This document shows positions 46,833 to 56,609 of a stretch of 56,609 bases of DNA, one piece after another. Positions within the stretch are counted from its first letter, which is position 1, and every line of letters starts with the position of its first letter. Source of the DNA: Dendronephthya gigantea (taxonomy: Eukaryota); contig NW_021163190.1 in assembly GCF_004324835.1 (NCBI RefSeq), forward strand, positions 319,242 to 375,850, written 5' to 3'. The position numbers and the translations under genes were made by a program. The notes under the pieces are model-generated. The model was given only the letters and a program-made list of their open reading frames with translations. It searched no databases and was not told where the DNA came from.

Positions 46833-47154
46833 TGTTAAAGTATGCTCTATTATATTCCAAATATTCCAATATATATGTATCAATCAACTGTAAATAGATT
46901 TAATTTAGATTTATGAGTGATCAAATGATTCCATAGATTCCATAGATGCAAGTGTAGTAAATGTTTCTTTAATGAAAGCCAAATATGGTAACCAAATGTA
47001 AAATGAAATGTTATCCGTCCTAAAGAGATTATCATGTAACCACTTATATATAGATGTAACTTTCCTTGTATACATCAGAGTGAATAAAACTGTGTAACCC
47101 TAAAGTTGTGCTGTGAATATAAAGGAGTGGCAAATGGCTACCCAAAACTCAACA
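46833..47154 (+). repeat. copia 5' LTR
   Basis: About 2 mismatches over 322 bp against the 3' LTR. Confidence 0.9.
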
Positions 47155-47353
47155 GGTTATGGGCCCAGGAGAGCTCTGGTCTTCGATGGAAACGAATCGA
47201 AGTACGAATTATGGGAGGTAAAGTTTTTATCCTTTATGCGGATCCAAAAACTTTACAACTATTTTTGTGCCTAGCAGCGATGAGCGTGAGCTAGATTAGT
47301 CGAAGAATGCCGATGCCTTCGCCGAACTTGTACAGTGTTTAGATGACCGAAGC

Positions 47354-50300
47354 TTGTCCCTAGTCATAAGGGAGGCAAAAGATGAGGGTCGAAAGGCTTT
47401 AACAGTGCTGAGAGAGCACTACCAAGGAATAGGAAAACCCCGAATTATAGCCCTGTACACCGAACTTACTTCACTGAGAAAGGGGGAAAGCGAGTCAACA
47501 ACGGACTACATCATACGAGCGGAGACCGCGGCGACAGCGCTGAAAGCAGCAGAGGAAATAATAAGCGACGGCTTATTAATTGCAATGGTTTTGAAAGGCC
47601 TTCCTAGGAACTATAAAACATTCTCTACTGTGATAATCCAACGAGAAAAGCAGATGACATTCAGCGAATTCAAAATAGCCCTGCGAAACTACGAAGAGAT
47701 TGAAAAGAGTTGCCATGGTACGGAAGGCAAAGACAACGTGATGTATGCCGCCAAGACGAAATTCGACGGAAAATGCTTCAAATGTGATAAGAAAGGTCAT
47801 AAGAGTTCCGAATGTTGGCTAAAGAGCGAAAAATGGTGTGCCAAATGTCGAACCAAGACCCACAATACAAGAGATTGTAGAGCCGCAAAGAAGGACGCAG
47901 CGAAGCTTATCAACGGACAAGTGAAGAATCAAGATTTGGATGAACATTCATTCGCATTTACGTTAAAAGATGGTAAAGGTAGGAGTACGAAGAATTCGAA
48001 GCTTCTCGTGGACACTGGGGCGACCAGCCACATAATTAATGATAGGTCTAGGTTTGTAAGCTTTGACAAGAACTTTGATCCGAACAGTCACTTTATAGAA
48101 CTTGCCGATGGAAGCAAGGCTAACGTAGTTTTAGGGAAGGGAAATGCAATGGTTAAATTGTTTGATGTAAGGGGTAATGTACAAAATCTAATGCTAAGCG
48201 ACGCACTTTATATACCGTCCTACAGTCAAAATATTTTTTCAGTTTCGGCAGAAATAGGTAGAGGAGGATCGGTTGCTTTAGGAGAACAGGTAAGTAAATA
48301 CACTACAGCTGAAGGTCAGGTATTTGAGATAGAAGAGAGAGAGCGTTTGTACTATTTAAATAGTATCTCTTCTTCGTGTAACAATGCTACCTCCATTAAT
48401 GAGTGGCACAGGATTTTAGGCCATTGTAACTTTGGAGATGTGCGTAAATTAGAGCAGGTAGTCAAAGGGATGAAAATCATAGACCACAGCGAGAAAGATT
48501 GTGAAGTATGCATTCAAGGAAAGATGTGTCAGAATAGAAACCGAGAGCCAGATCAGAGAGCTAAAGCACCTTTAGATTTTGTCCACTGTGACTTGGCAGG
48601 GCCAATTGAGCCCGTTGCCAGAGACGGATTTAAATATGCATTGTCTTTTATAGACGATTATACAGGTATCAACATGATATATTTCTTAAAGCGAAAGAGC
48701 GACACTTTAGAAGCCACAGAAAAATTTTTGGCCGATGTTGCGCCTTATGGTAAAGTTAAAAGGATACGAAGCGATAATGGTGGTGAGTTTACGAGTCAAG
48801 AATTTAAATCTCTCTTACGAAAGCAGTCAATAAGACACGAGACGAGTGCCCCGTATTCCCCTCACCAAAATGGAACTGCAGAAAGAGCGTGGCGAAGCCT
48901 TTTTAGCATGGCTAGGTGCTTGCTATTGGAGGCAAAACTACCAAAACGGTTGTGGACCTACGCTGTGATGGCTTCAGCCTACATAAGAAATAGATGCTTC
49001 AACCAACGCTTAGAGAAGACACCATTTGAGGCGTTGACAGGTAAGAAACCAAATTTAAATAATATGCATGTATTCGGCACAACACGCTATGCTTTTTTGC
49101 AGAACACCAAGAAAATAGACGCAAAGAGCCGTAAAGGTATATTTATAGGGTACGACAGAGGTAGCCCATCTTACTTGATATACTATCCGGAATTAGACAA
49201 GATAGAAAAGGTACGTTGTGTCAAATTCATTGACAACTTCCAAGGCAAAGACAATAAACTCAACGATCTTGATGAGTTTGTACCCGCCAGAAAACCTTCG
49301 AGTACTAGCAATGAAAACCCCAAAATGCCGAGTACAGTTGAGGAGAGCTCGAATAATCTCGAAACAATCAGCGAAAATGTAACAAACAACACCGAGGTGG
49401 TTGCCGAGGGAGATAGGTATCCAACAAGAGTTCGCAATAAGCCAAATTATTTCGATCAAAGCAAATTAGATGACACATTAGGTGAGAATGTTAATTACAC
49501 TGTTGATTATTGCTATAGAGTTGCGAACATTCCAGTGTGCTATAAACAAGCACTTGAGTTGCCTGAGGCAAACAAATGGCAAAAGGCAATGGAAATTGAG
49601 ATGAAAGCGTTGACAGATAATGACACTTTTGATTTAGTACCGCGACCTAAGGATAGACAGGTAGTGGGGGCAAAGTGGGTTTACACTATAAAAACAAATC
49701 AAGAGGGAGAGGAAAAATATAAAGCTAGATTTGTAGCGAAAGGGTATTCTCAAGTTTCAGATATAGATTACCAAGAAACGTTTGCACCAACTGCACGCAT
49801 GAGTTCGATCCGAATGTTATTACAACGTGCCGTGCAAAACGACATGATTATTCACCAAATGGATGTGAAAACAGCATACCTTAATGCGCCAATCGACTGC
49901 GAAATATATATAGAACAACCTGAAGGTTTTGAAAAGCGAAATGATAGCGGTGAAACGTTAGTTTGTAAGCTGAAAAAGTCGCTATATGGTCTAAAACAAA
50001 GCGGCAGGAATTGGAATAATCTACTCCATCAATATTTGATTAACGAAAACTTTATTCAATCTCTTGCAGATCCATGTGTGTATGTGCGTACAATAGATGA
50101 TAAACGATGTGTGATCGTAATCGTTTGGGTCGACGATATCATAATCGCCTCGAGTGATTCAAATTCACTACAGAGCGTGAAAAAGTCTCTTAAAGAAAGG
50201 TTTAAAATGACCGACCTAGGGATTCTAAAATGGTTTTTAGGCACTGAATTTCAATGCAGTGAAAACACAATTAAAATGAGTCAAACCCGGTACATTGAAA

Positions 50301-51088
50301 AGATTCTTGAGAAATTCAAAATGACCGATTGTAAGCCAAAGCCGACGCCGTGTGAGTTAGGAGTAGACAAAGTTTTGGAAGTGGAATCTCCTGAAATGGA
50401 GGACCCCGGGCTTTATAGAGCTATAGTAGGTAGTCTCATATATGTAATGACTGGCACTAGGCCAGATCTGTGTTACATCGTGACAAAATTGTCACAGAAA
50501 ATGTCAAAACCAACCCAGGCAGATTTAACTAAGGCAAAGCACGTTTTGAGATATCTAAAAGGTACTTCAAAATTTGGTCTAACGTTCACAAAGTCCATTA
50601 ACCCCCTCATTCTTCAAGGTTTTTGCGATTCAGATTGGGGAGCATCTATCGCAGATAGACGGAGTATAACAGGATACAACTATCAACTAGCGCAAAAGGG
50701 ACCGTTGATATCATGGAAGAGTCGCAAACAGCCGACAGTGGCACTATCCACCTGTGAAGCGGAATATATTGCATTGACAAACGCGATGCAAGAAGCAAAA
50801 TTTCTGAAACAACTCTGCATCGACATGAAGGTAAGTATACATGAAGGTAAGGCTTTCATAAAGATAGATAACCAGGGAGCGATGAATCTGGCGAAGAATC
50901 CTATTCATCATCAGAGAACAAAACATATAGACATCAGGTACCATTTCATTAGGGAAGAAGTGAAGGAAGGACGAGTTAGTTTAGAGTACGTTTCAACAGA
51001 GGAAAATATTGCAGACATATTTACAAAGCCAGCCAGTAAAATAAAATTAGAAAAATTTAAAGAGACCATATTAGGTAAGTATACATAG
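47354..51088 (+). CDS. copia Gag-Pol polyprotein, 1244 aa, uninterrupted
   Basis: CCHC knuckle CFKCDKKGHKSSEC. Protease LVDTGATSH. Integrase HHCC (HRILGHC...CEVC) and D,D,E (HCDLAGP, FIDDYTG, ...PHQNGTAER). RT ...VWVDDIIIA. RNase H DSDWGAS...TGYNY...STCEAEYIAL. Confidence 0.92.
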   Translation: MSLVIREAKDEGRKALTVLREHYQGIGKPRIIALYTELTSLRKGESESTTDYIIRAETAATALKAAEEIISDGLLIAMVLKGLPRNYKTFSTVIIQREKQMTFSEFKIALRNYEEIEKSCHGTEGKDNVMYAAKTKFDGKCFKCDKKGHKSSECWLKSEKWCAKCRTKTHNTRDCRAAKKDAAKLINGQVKNQDLDEHSFAFTLKDGKGRSTKNSKLLVDTGATSHIINDRSRFVSFDKNFDPNSHFIELADGSKANVVLGKGNAMVKLFDVRGNVQNLMLSDALYIPSYSQNIFSVSAEIGRGGSVALGEQVSKYTTAEGQVFEIEERERLYYLNSISSSCNNATSINEWHRILGHCNFGDVRKLEQVVKGMKIIDHSEKDCEVCIQGKMCQNRNREPDQRAKAPLDFVHCDLAGPIEPVARDGFKYALSFIDDYTGINMIYFLKRKSDTLEATEKFLADVAPYGKVKRIRSDNGGEFTSQEFKSLLRKQSIRHETSAPYSPHQNGTAERAWRSLFSMARCLLLEAKLPKRLWTYAVMASAYIRNRCFNQRLEKTPFEALTGKKPNLNNMHVFGTTRYAFLQNTKKIDAKSRKGIFIGYDRGSPSYLIYYPELDKIEKVRCVKFIDNFQGKDNKLNDLDEFVPARKPSSTSNENPKMPSTVEESSNNLETISENVTNNTEVVAEGDRYPTRVRNKPNYFDQSKLDDTLGENVNYTVDYCYRVANIPVCYKQALELPEANKWQKAMEIEMKALTDNDTFDLVPRPKDRQVVGAKWVYTIKTNQEGEEKYKARFVAKGYSQVSDIDYQETFAPTARMSSIRMLLQRAVQNDMIIHQMDVKTAYLNAPIDCEIYIEQPEGFEKRNDSGETLVCKLKKSLYGLKQSGRNWNNLLHQYLINENFIQSLADPCVYVRTIDDKRCVIVIVWVDDIIIASSDSNSLQSVKKSLKERFKMTDLGILKWFLGTEFQCSENTIKMSQTRYIEKILEKFKMTDCKPKPTPCELGVDKVLEVESPEMEDPGLYRAIVGSLIYVMTGTRPDLCYIVTKLSQKMSKPTQADLTKAKHVLRYLKGTSKFGLTFTKSINPLILQGFCDSDWGASIADRRSITGYNYQLAQKGPLISWKSRKQPTVALSTCEAEYIALTNAMQEAKFLKQLCIDMKVSIHEGKAFIKIDNQGAMNLAKNPIHHQRTKHIDIRYHFIREEVKEGRVSLEYVSTEENIADIFTKPASKIKLEKFKETILGKYT

Positions 51089-51184
51089 GTTCATAATTGC
51101 GCATATAATTTTAAAGCGATGGCCCGCCCTGCTGCACGCCATCAAATAAATAATTTACTATAGAACATAAAGAGCAAGTGGGGG

Positions 51185-51506
51185 TGTTAAAGTATGCTCT
51201 ATTATATTCCAAATATTCCAATATATATGTATCAATCAACTGTAAATAGATTTAATTTAGATTTATGAGTGATCAAATGATTCCATAGATTCCATAGATG
51301 CAAGTGTAGTAAATGTTTCTTTAATGAAAGCCAAATATGGTAACCAAATGTAAAATGAAATGTTATCCGCCCTAAAGAGATTATCATGTAACCACTTATA
51401 TATAGATGTAATTTTCCTTGTATACATCAGAGTGAATAAAACTGTGTAACCCTAAAGTTGTGCTGTGAATATAAAGGAGTGGCAAATGGCTACCCAAAAC
51501 TCAACA
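51185..51506 (+). repeat. copia 3' LTR
   Basis: See the 5' LTR. Confidence 0.9.
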
Positions 51507-51775
51507 TCGAGTTCGCCGGAAAACGACTAACTCGACCATGGTCGAGTTCGCCGGAAAACGACTAACTCGACCATGGTCGAGTTCGCCGGAAAACGAAACT
51601 CGACCATGGTCGAGTTCGCAGGAAATCGACTAACTCGACCATGGTCGAGTTCGCCGGAAAAAGACTAATTCAACCATGGTCGAGTTCGCCGGAAAACGAC
51701 TAACTTGACCATGGTCGAGTTCGCCGAAAAACAATATGTCCAATTGGCCGGAAAACGACTAATTCGACCAGGGGA
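51507..51775 (+). repeat. 35-bp satellite continuing 3' of the copia element, about 7.5 copies
   Basis: Same unit. Confidence 0.9.
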
Positions 51776-52437
51776 TGTAATCATCCCACTAATTAATGGG
51801 ATCTATGTTCACTGCGCATGTCAGTCAAATTTGCAACAAGCTTAATTAACAAGCTGGGAGCTCCCTTCTCAAATGTGAATCCTTAAAATTAGGAATTTTG
51901 TAAAAACTATATTAACAACTTGTACTATATATATTACGGAAATCTTTAGGAAAACTGGGAAATATATCAAAAACTTCCATAGAAATCTACAATCTCAAGC
52001 AGCTGGTAAACTTGTTGTTAAAAACAGCTGTTGCTAAGTCAAGTTTATTTATTTTTTTATCGATTTAAAACTCATAAACAAGCCATGAAGCTCATCGCTG
52101 TGTATATATTGAAAGATGAAGATAATTTCAAAAGGTAGGGTTTGTATTTTACCGCATTTCTAACCGCTCAAATTCGTAGGTGATAAAAGTTAATGCCTTG
52201 TAATGTGTGTGAACTTTTCATTTGTAATAAACGATTTCTTTATTAAGTGGTTCTTTGTGCAAATAATGAGCTATAATCCACAGTTTTAATATAAATTGAC
52301 AAGCTACAAGTATGATTTAAAGCTCTGTTAGATTTAAAGCAATCTTTGTTTGCAAAATACGAACTACAGTCGCGGTAAAATGCTTCAAGTATAAAGCTTG
52401 ATATTTGGCTCGGCTTTTGGGCAGTTTGTATTCTTCT

Positions 52438-52680
52438 GGGGCCGGTTGTATCAAGCCCGTTTAGCTTAAACGGTGGATAATAAAGCTCAAAATAGAAAGC
52501 AAGTCTATCGTTTTATTCAACAAGCAAACAAAATGTTTTTAACCTTAATACAAAGATACTGTTTACAACTACATATTCAGTGCATAATATTCAAGTTGAC
52601 TCATTCAAGAGAGATGTAAAAGTGTTATTTAACTTTGACTTATCCACCGTTTAAGCTAAACGGGCTTGATACAACCGGCC
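52438..52680. mobile_element. GGCCGGTTGTATC-TIR MITE
   Basis: As above. Confidence 0.65.
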
Positions 52681-53242
52681 TCAGATCGCTTTTGATAAAG
52701 CCTAATCTTCTCTGAGGGAAAGTTAAGCTTCATTGCAACGCAATTTGCAAAGGCGTAGGTTTAATTTTTGCCTTGGAAACTTGTATGATTACAAACTTTC
52801 CTCAAATCTTTCTGGCTTTAAAATATGTATAGTCAGTGGGCCTCGATTGATACCTTGGAAATTGGCAAGACTTCTCACCGCAATTCTCAATACTTTGGCT
52901 TCAAATTTGGTGAGAAAAAAGCTTTATAAATACTCAACAAAATATGTCTTGCACAAAAGGTCTGAAGCTTGCACACAATCGTCTGAATTAATAACCTTGT
53001 TTATACTTAAGCTTCAAAATGGCCATTTCACAGCTGTCAGATGTGTATGATGAGCTGTCAAAAGATTGTAGAATGCGTATCCGGAAGAAATATTGAACTT
53101 TTTAAAGTTATTCAATAGTTTTCTCTTTGATAGCGATACAGAAATGCACAATTGGCAAGTGTCTATTTGGCCATCTCTGTAAAAGTTGCAATCTTAACAT
53201 TAACTTTAATTTTCATTCCAGGTAATTTTGGCTGACGATATT

Positions 53243-53527
53243 ATGAGGCTGCCAGCACCGTTACGAAGATTCCTTGCTGAATCAGAAGATGAGGTCTACT
53301 TTCTTATCCGCCTGTTGATATTCACCGTCAATGTCATTGCGTGGATATTTTCGATTTTCTTCATATGCATTGGAATATGGATTCTTCAGGAGAAAAATAA
53401 TCTGGGTGTTGACAATTTGAGTTCAGACCCGGCCGCAGTGCTGATTGCGATTGGTACCATATTGTTCCTCATCACCTTCACCGGTTGTATCGGCACTTTG
53501 AGAGAGAATTTGTTTCTTTTGAAAGTG
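53243..53527 (+). CDS. Tetraspanin exon 1 (MRLPAPLRRFLAESEDEVYFLIRLL...TM1...TM2...NLFLLKV), donor GTGAGT
   Basis: Two hydrophobic TM segments. ATG at 53243, in frame. The track ORF begins at a TTG upstream. Confidence 0.7.
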
Positions 53528-53539
53528 GTGAGTCAGTAG

Positions 53540-54350
53540 ACATCTCTTTAATACAGACATCTCTCTAATACAGACATATTTCTAATACAGACATCTTTCT
53601 AATACAGACATCTCTCTAATACAGACACCTTTCTCTAATACAGACATCTCTCTAATACAAACATCTCTCTAATACAGACATCTCTCTAATACAGACATCT
53701 CTCTAATACAGACACCTCTCTAATACAGACATCTCTCTAATACAGACATTTCTCCAATACAGACATCTCTCTAATACAGACATCCCTCTAATACAGACAA
53801 CTCTCTAATACAGACATCTCTCTAATACAGACATCTCTCTAATACAGACATCTCTCTAATACAGACATCTCTCTAATACAGACATCTCTCTTATACAGAC
53901 ATCTCTCTAATACAGGCATCTCTCTAATACAGACATCTCACTAATACAGACACCTCTCTAATACAGACACCTCTTTAATGCAGACATCTCTCTAATACAG
54001 ACACTTCTCTAATACAGACATCTCTCTAATACAGACATCTCTCTAATACAGACATCTCTCTAATACAGACATCTCTCTAATACAGACATCTCTCTAATAC
54101 AGACACTTCTCTAATACAGACATCTCTCTTATACAGACATCTCTTTAATACAGACATCTCTCTAATACAGACACCTCTCTAAAACAGACATCTCTCTAAA
54201 ACAGACATCTCTCTAAAACAGACATCTCTCTAAAACAGACATCTCTCTAATACAGACATCTCTCTAATACAGACATCTCTCTAATTCAGACATCTCTCTA
54301 ATACAGACATCTCTAATACAGACATCTCTAATACAAACATCTTTGAAGAC
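53540..54350 (+). repeat. 17-bp intronic satellite (acagacatctctctaat), about 45 copies, in tetraspanin intron 1
   Basis: Direct observation. Confidence 0.9.
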
Positions 54351-54399
54351 AATCATCTCTCTATAACTTTCTAATATGTGGATAATCTTTTCTTTGCAG

Positions 54400-54474
54400 T
54401 ACTTGGGAATGATTGTAGTCCTGTTTATAATTGAAATTGTGACGGGTCTGGTTGCATTTCTATATGCCAACAAG
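54400..54474 (+). CDS. Tetraspanin exon 2 (YLGMIVVLFIIEIVTGLVAFLYANK; TM3)
   Basis: Acceptor tctttgcag, donor GTAATG, phase 0. The intron is filled by a (acagacatctctctaat)n array. Confidence 0.75.
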
Positions 54475-54565
54475 GTAATGGTTACTACAGTACAAAGTAA
54501 GATTGGAATATGAACTTTACGTATTACCCCCAAGAGTCTGTTTAATGTTCTTGGTATTTTCTTAG

Positions 54566-54772
54566 ACAGAGGACAGAGTGTTTGAGGTGATAAAAAAAGG
54601 TATTATGGAGTACCATGATGATCCTGACTCAAAATTCCTGATGGACGAATTGCAGAAGAAATTTGAATGTTGTGGGGCCTATTCCTTCAATGACTGGGAG
54701 CACAATGCTTATTTCCAGTGCTCATCTGAAGATGTCCTGGCTTGCGGAGTCCCGTTCTCTTGCTGCATAACT
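54566..54772 (+). CDS. Tetraspanin exon 3 (large extracellular loop with the CCG motif: ...LQKKFECCGAYSFNDWEHN...PFSCCIT)
   Basis: Acceptor ttttcttag, donor GTAAGT, phase 0. Confidence 0.8.
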
Positions 54773-54788
54773 GTAAGTTACTAGGAGG

Positions 54789-54960
54789 CATTAGCTTGCA
54801 ATGCACCCAGATGTGACCTACTTTAGTATTTTACTCTGTCTAATGTCAGATGATTTTACTCATCAGTGGAAGAGTACTGTCAGTTAATAAGTTAACAAAA
54901 CTATCTGTCAGTGTCTCTTGTTAACCCATTAGCTTGCAATGCACCCAGATGTGACCTACT
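54789..54960 (+). repeat. R140 repeat family copy (about 1.2 units) in tetraspanin intron 3
   Basis: Same family as 1..226 and 581..817. Confidence 0.8.
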
Positions 54961-54988
54961 AAAAATAATATATTCACATAAACTGTAG

Positions 54989-55033
54989 GTGGGGAAAAAC
55001 AGTCAATGTGGTTTTGGAATCAGAAAAAAAGAT
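54989..55033 (+). CDS. Tetraspanin exon 4 (VGKNSQCGFGIRKKD)
   Basis: Acceptor aaactgtag, donor GTAAGT. 15 codons. Carries a conserved Cys of the extracellular loop 2 (EC2). Confidence 0.65.
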
Positions 55034-55148
55034 GTAAGTGTAATCTGATTGGGTTACTGAAAATCTAAAGAAACTTGCTGTTTGATCTAAAGCAAAATCC
55101 CCCTTGTCGTCTGACCATTAACTATATGATAATGTGATTTATTTCAAG

Positions 55149-55265
55149 GAAATTGAGGCAAAGCATGTTGTGTACACAGATGGTTGTATTACCAAGCTAA
55201 AATGGTGGATTAATGATTATCTGCACATCATTGGAGCACTTGGCTTCGCTTTTGCCTGTGTACAG
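55149..55265 (+). CDS. Tetraspanin exon 5 (EIEAKHVVYTDGCITKLKWWINDYLHIIGALGFAFACVQ; TM4 start)
   Basis: Acceptor tttcaag, donor GTATTG. 39 codons. Confidence 0.75.
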
Positions 55266-55280
55266 GTATTGTACTGTATG

Positions 55281-55487
55281 ATAGAGTTATCCAGTATAAA
55301 TAAATTAGTTTAGTTTAGGTTTCCTCCTGTAGTAACACTGGATCAATAAGAGATGATCCTTACTGGACCTCTAGGAAGAACAGTTTAGAACTGATAGAGT
55401 TATCCAGTATAAATAAAGTTAGTTTAGGTTTCCTCCTGTAGTAACACTGGATCAATAAGAGATGATCCTTACTGTACCTCTAGGAAC
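55281..55487 (+). repeat. 114-bp satellite, about 1.8 copies inside a tetraspanin intron
   Basis: Same unit. Confidence 0.9.
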
Positions 55488-55522
55488 AATTAGAAACAGT
55501 CTAATTACTCGTTTTTTTCCAG

Positions 55523-55636
55523 CTTTTCCTAATTCTGATTGTGAACAAACTTATAATGGATCTTGAAGAGATATCAAAGACAACTGGTCATAAAAACGAG
55601 CTCACGAATTCGAATGAAATAACTAGTGGAGTCTAG
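55523..55636 (+). CDS. Tetraspanin terminal exon (LFLILIVNKLIMDLEEISKTTGHKNELTNSNEITSGV*)
   Basis: Acceptor gtttttttccag. Stop TAG at 55634..55636. Confidence 0.7.
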   Translation, partial: LFLILIVNKLIMDLEEISKTTGHKNELTNSNEITSGV

Positions 55637-56609
55637 CTGGAAATTCTTTTCAGCCCGACAAAACTTTGTCATCAGATCCGGCGACATCCAAGCCCAAGGT
55701 ACGAAGCGTTGTGTGCCGAAAATGTAGTTTTAATGATTGTGATGATTCCCCAGCTTGGTCCAAACACGGTGATAATGCTGAAAACCTACGCGATGTTTTC
55801 TCTGTTGGTATATTTGTTCGACGGTCCTACTAATAACCGACAACAACCGACAACAAGCTAAAAATTACCGACAGAAAGCTTATTATCATCGACAACGATG
55901 AAATAGACGCTAATAAAGGATCTCTTCGACTATATTGGTAAAAAACACGAATTTCCCGTCCAAAATTCCCGTCTTGTTGTTTTTGTATGCTTCCACTGAG
56001 ATGATTCCTGGCTGGTTTCCTAAACGCCAAATTGGCGTTTTTCAACCTGGTTTTGCCAACCTAATTTGCTATTTATAATCGTGCTTTTTAGTCAGAGAAA
56101 TAATGAACAATTAGGAACCAATTGATAGCACGATTAACACTATCTGAAAACGACTTCATTCAATCAAAAAAGAATCGTAAAACTAGCAAAATCTTGTGAA
56201 AATGAAACGACAAAGACTTTCTTTCTGACTTTCAAGTTTGAAGCCATATAAGCCTACATTTACACATTCGGTTGGCATTCGCTTCGCTGACAAACACTTT
56301 GCTAACGTTACTCAGATCTTTGGTAAACTTTCTGCCATATTTTTTTTGGCAATTTATCCAAGAAATACTCTTCCAAGATGGCGGCCGGGTTATTAACATT
56401 CACTAAACATTGGTAAAGTCCGAACATTCAAAGATTGATTTTGAGAAATATGGTTGAACTGCATTCATTGATTTCCTTCCTGTGGGTCTTGCAAGAAACT
56501 GAGCCAATAATCGATTAAATCGTCGTTTGCCGCAAGATATATTATATAATATAAACTAGCTTTAAGTCTTAAGATAAATAAAAATATGTAACATGATTTT
56601 GTAATATAT

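Larger units (their letters stand above)
46833..51506 (+). mobile_element. Complete Ty1/copia-type LTR retrotransposon (4674 bp) with 5-bp TSD TCGAG
   Basis: 322-bp LTRs, TG...CA. The LTR carries tatatatag and aataaa. Purine tract aagagcaagtggggg precedes the 3' LTR. Single gag-pol ORF in the order gag, protease (PR), integrase (IN), RT, RNase H (RH). Confidence 0.92.

Noticed and set aside
47576-50944. Short antisense ORFs inside the copia element
   Set aside because: They are embedded opposite a long, motif-rich sense polyprotein.
53228-53539. Listed ORF starting 'MADD...' at 53228, and the 3449..6529 ORF 'start'
   Set aside because: The codons at these positions are TTG and GTG; the ORF track uses alternative starts. 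The tetraspanin ATG is at 53243. The 'M' of the big ORF is internal to a longer open frame.

Overview
This window is eukaryotic nuclear DNA, probably from an invertebrate metazoan: it is AT-rich, introns are GT-AG, and it carries two recognisable spliced genes plus a dense repeat and transposon landscape.

Genes I can support:
- The last two coding exons of a Misato/MSTO1-like tubulin-related gene on the + strand (250..537 and 867..1577).
- A six-exon tetraspanin on the + strand (53243..55636).
- A very large single-exon gene on the - strand (3449..~7800) encoding a low-complexity Ser/Lys/Glu/Pro-rich protein. It is split into two reading frames by a 1-nt deletion inside a 42-bp coding minisatellite.
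- A complete, apparently young Ty1/copia LTR retrotransposon (46833..51506; 322-bp LTRs about 99% identical; 5-bp target site duplication (TSD) TCGAG; intact 1244-aa gag-pol ORF).

The copia element sits inside a 35-bp satellite. That satellite was itself built by tandem amplification of a piece of a degraded LINE reverse transcriptase found immediately upstream, and it also carries a Tourist-like miniature inverted-repeat element (MITE) with a TAA TSD.

The middle of the window (7.9-21.8 kb) is a tandem segmental duplication of a unit of about 6.7 kb, with a third partial copy at 23.9-26.6 kb. The copies differ by several MITE insertions, indels, and a 1 to ~34 copy expansion of a 15-bp motif. 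This gives paralogous empty sites for several insertions.

I see at least eight MITE or small-repeat families and six satellite families (periods 15, 25, 30, ~31, 35, 42, 77 and 114 bp). There is also a tRNA-like SINE, and a palindromic element carrying cAMP-response-element (CRE) and CCAAT motifs that sits next to a promoter-like region.

I see no prokaryotic-style system (no CRISPR array, no operon). Many listed ORFs are artefacts of tandem repeats, and the ORF track uses non-ATG starts.
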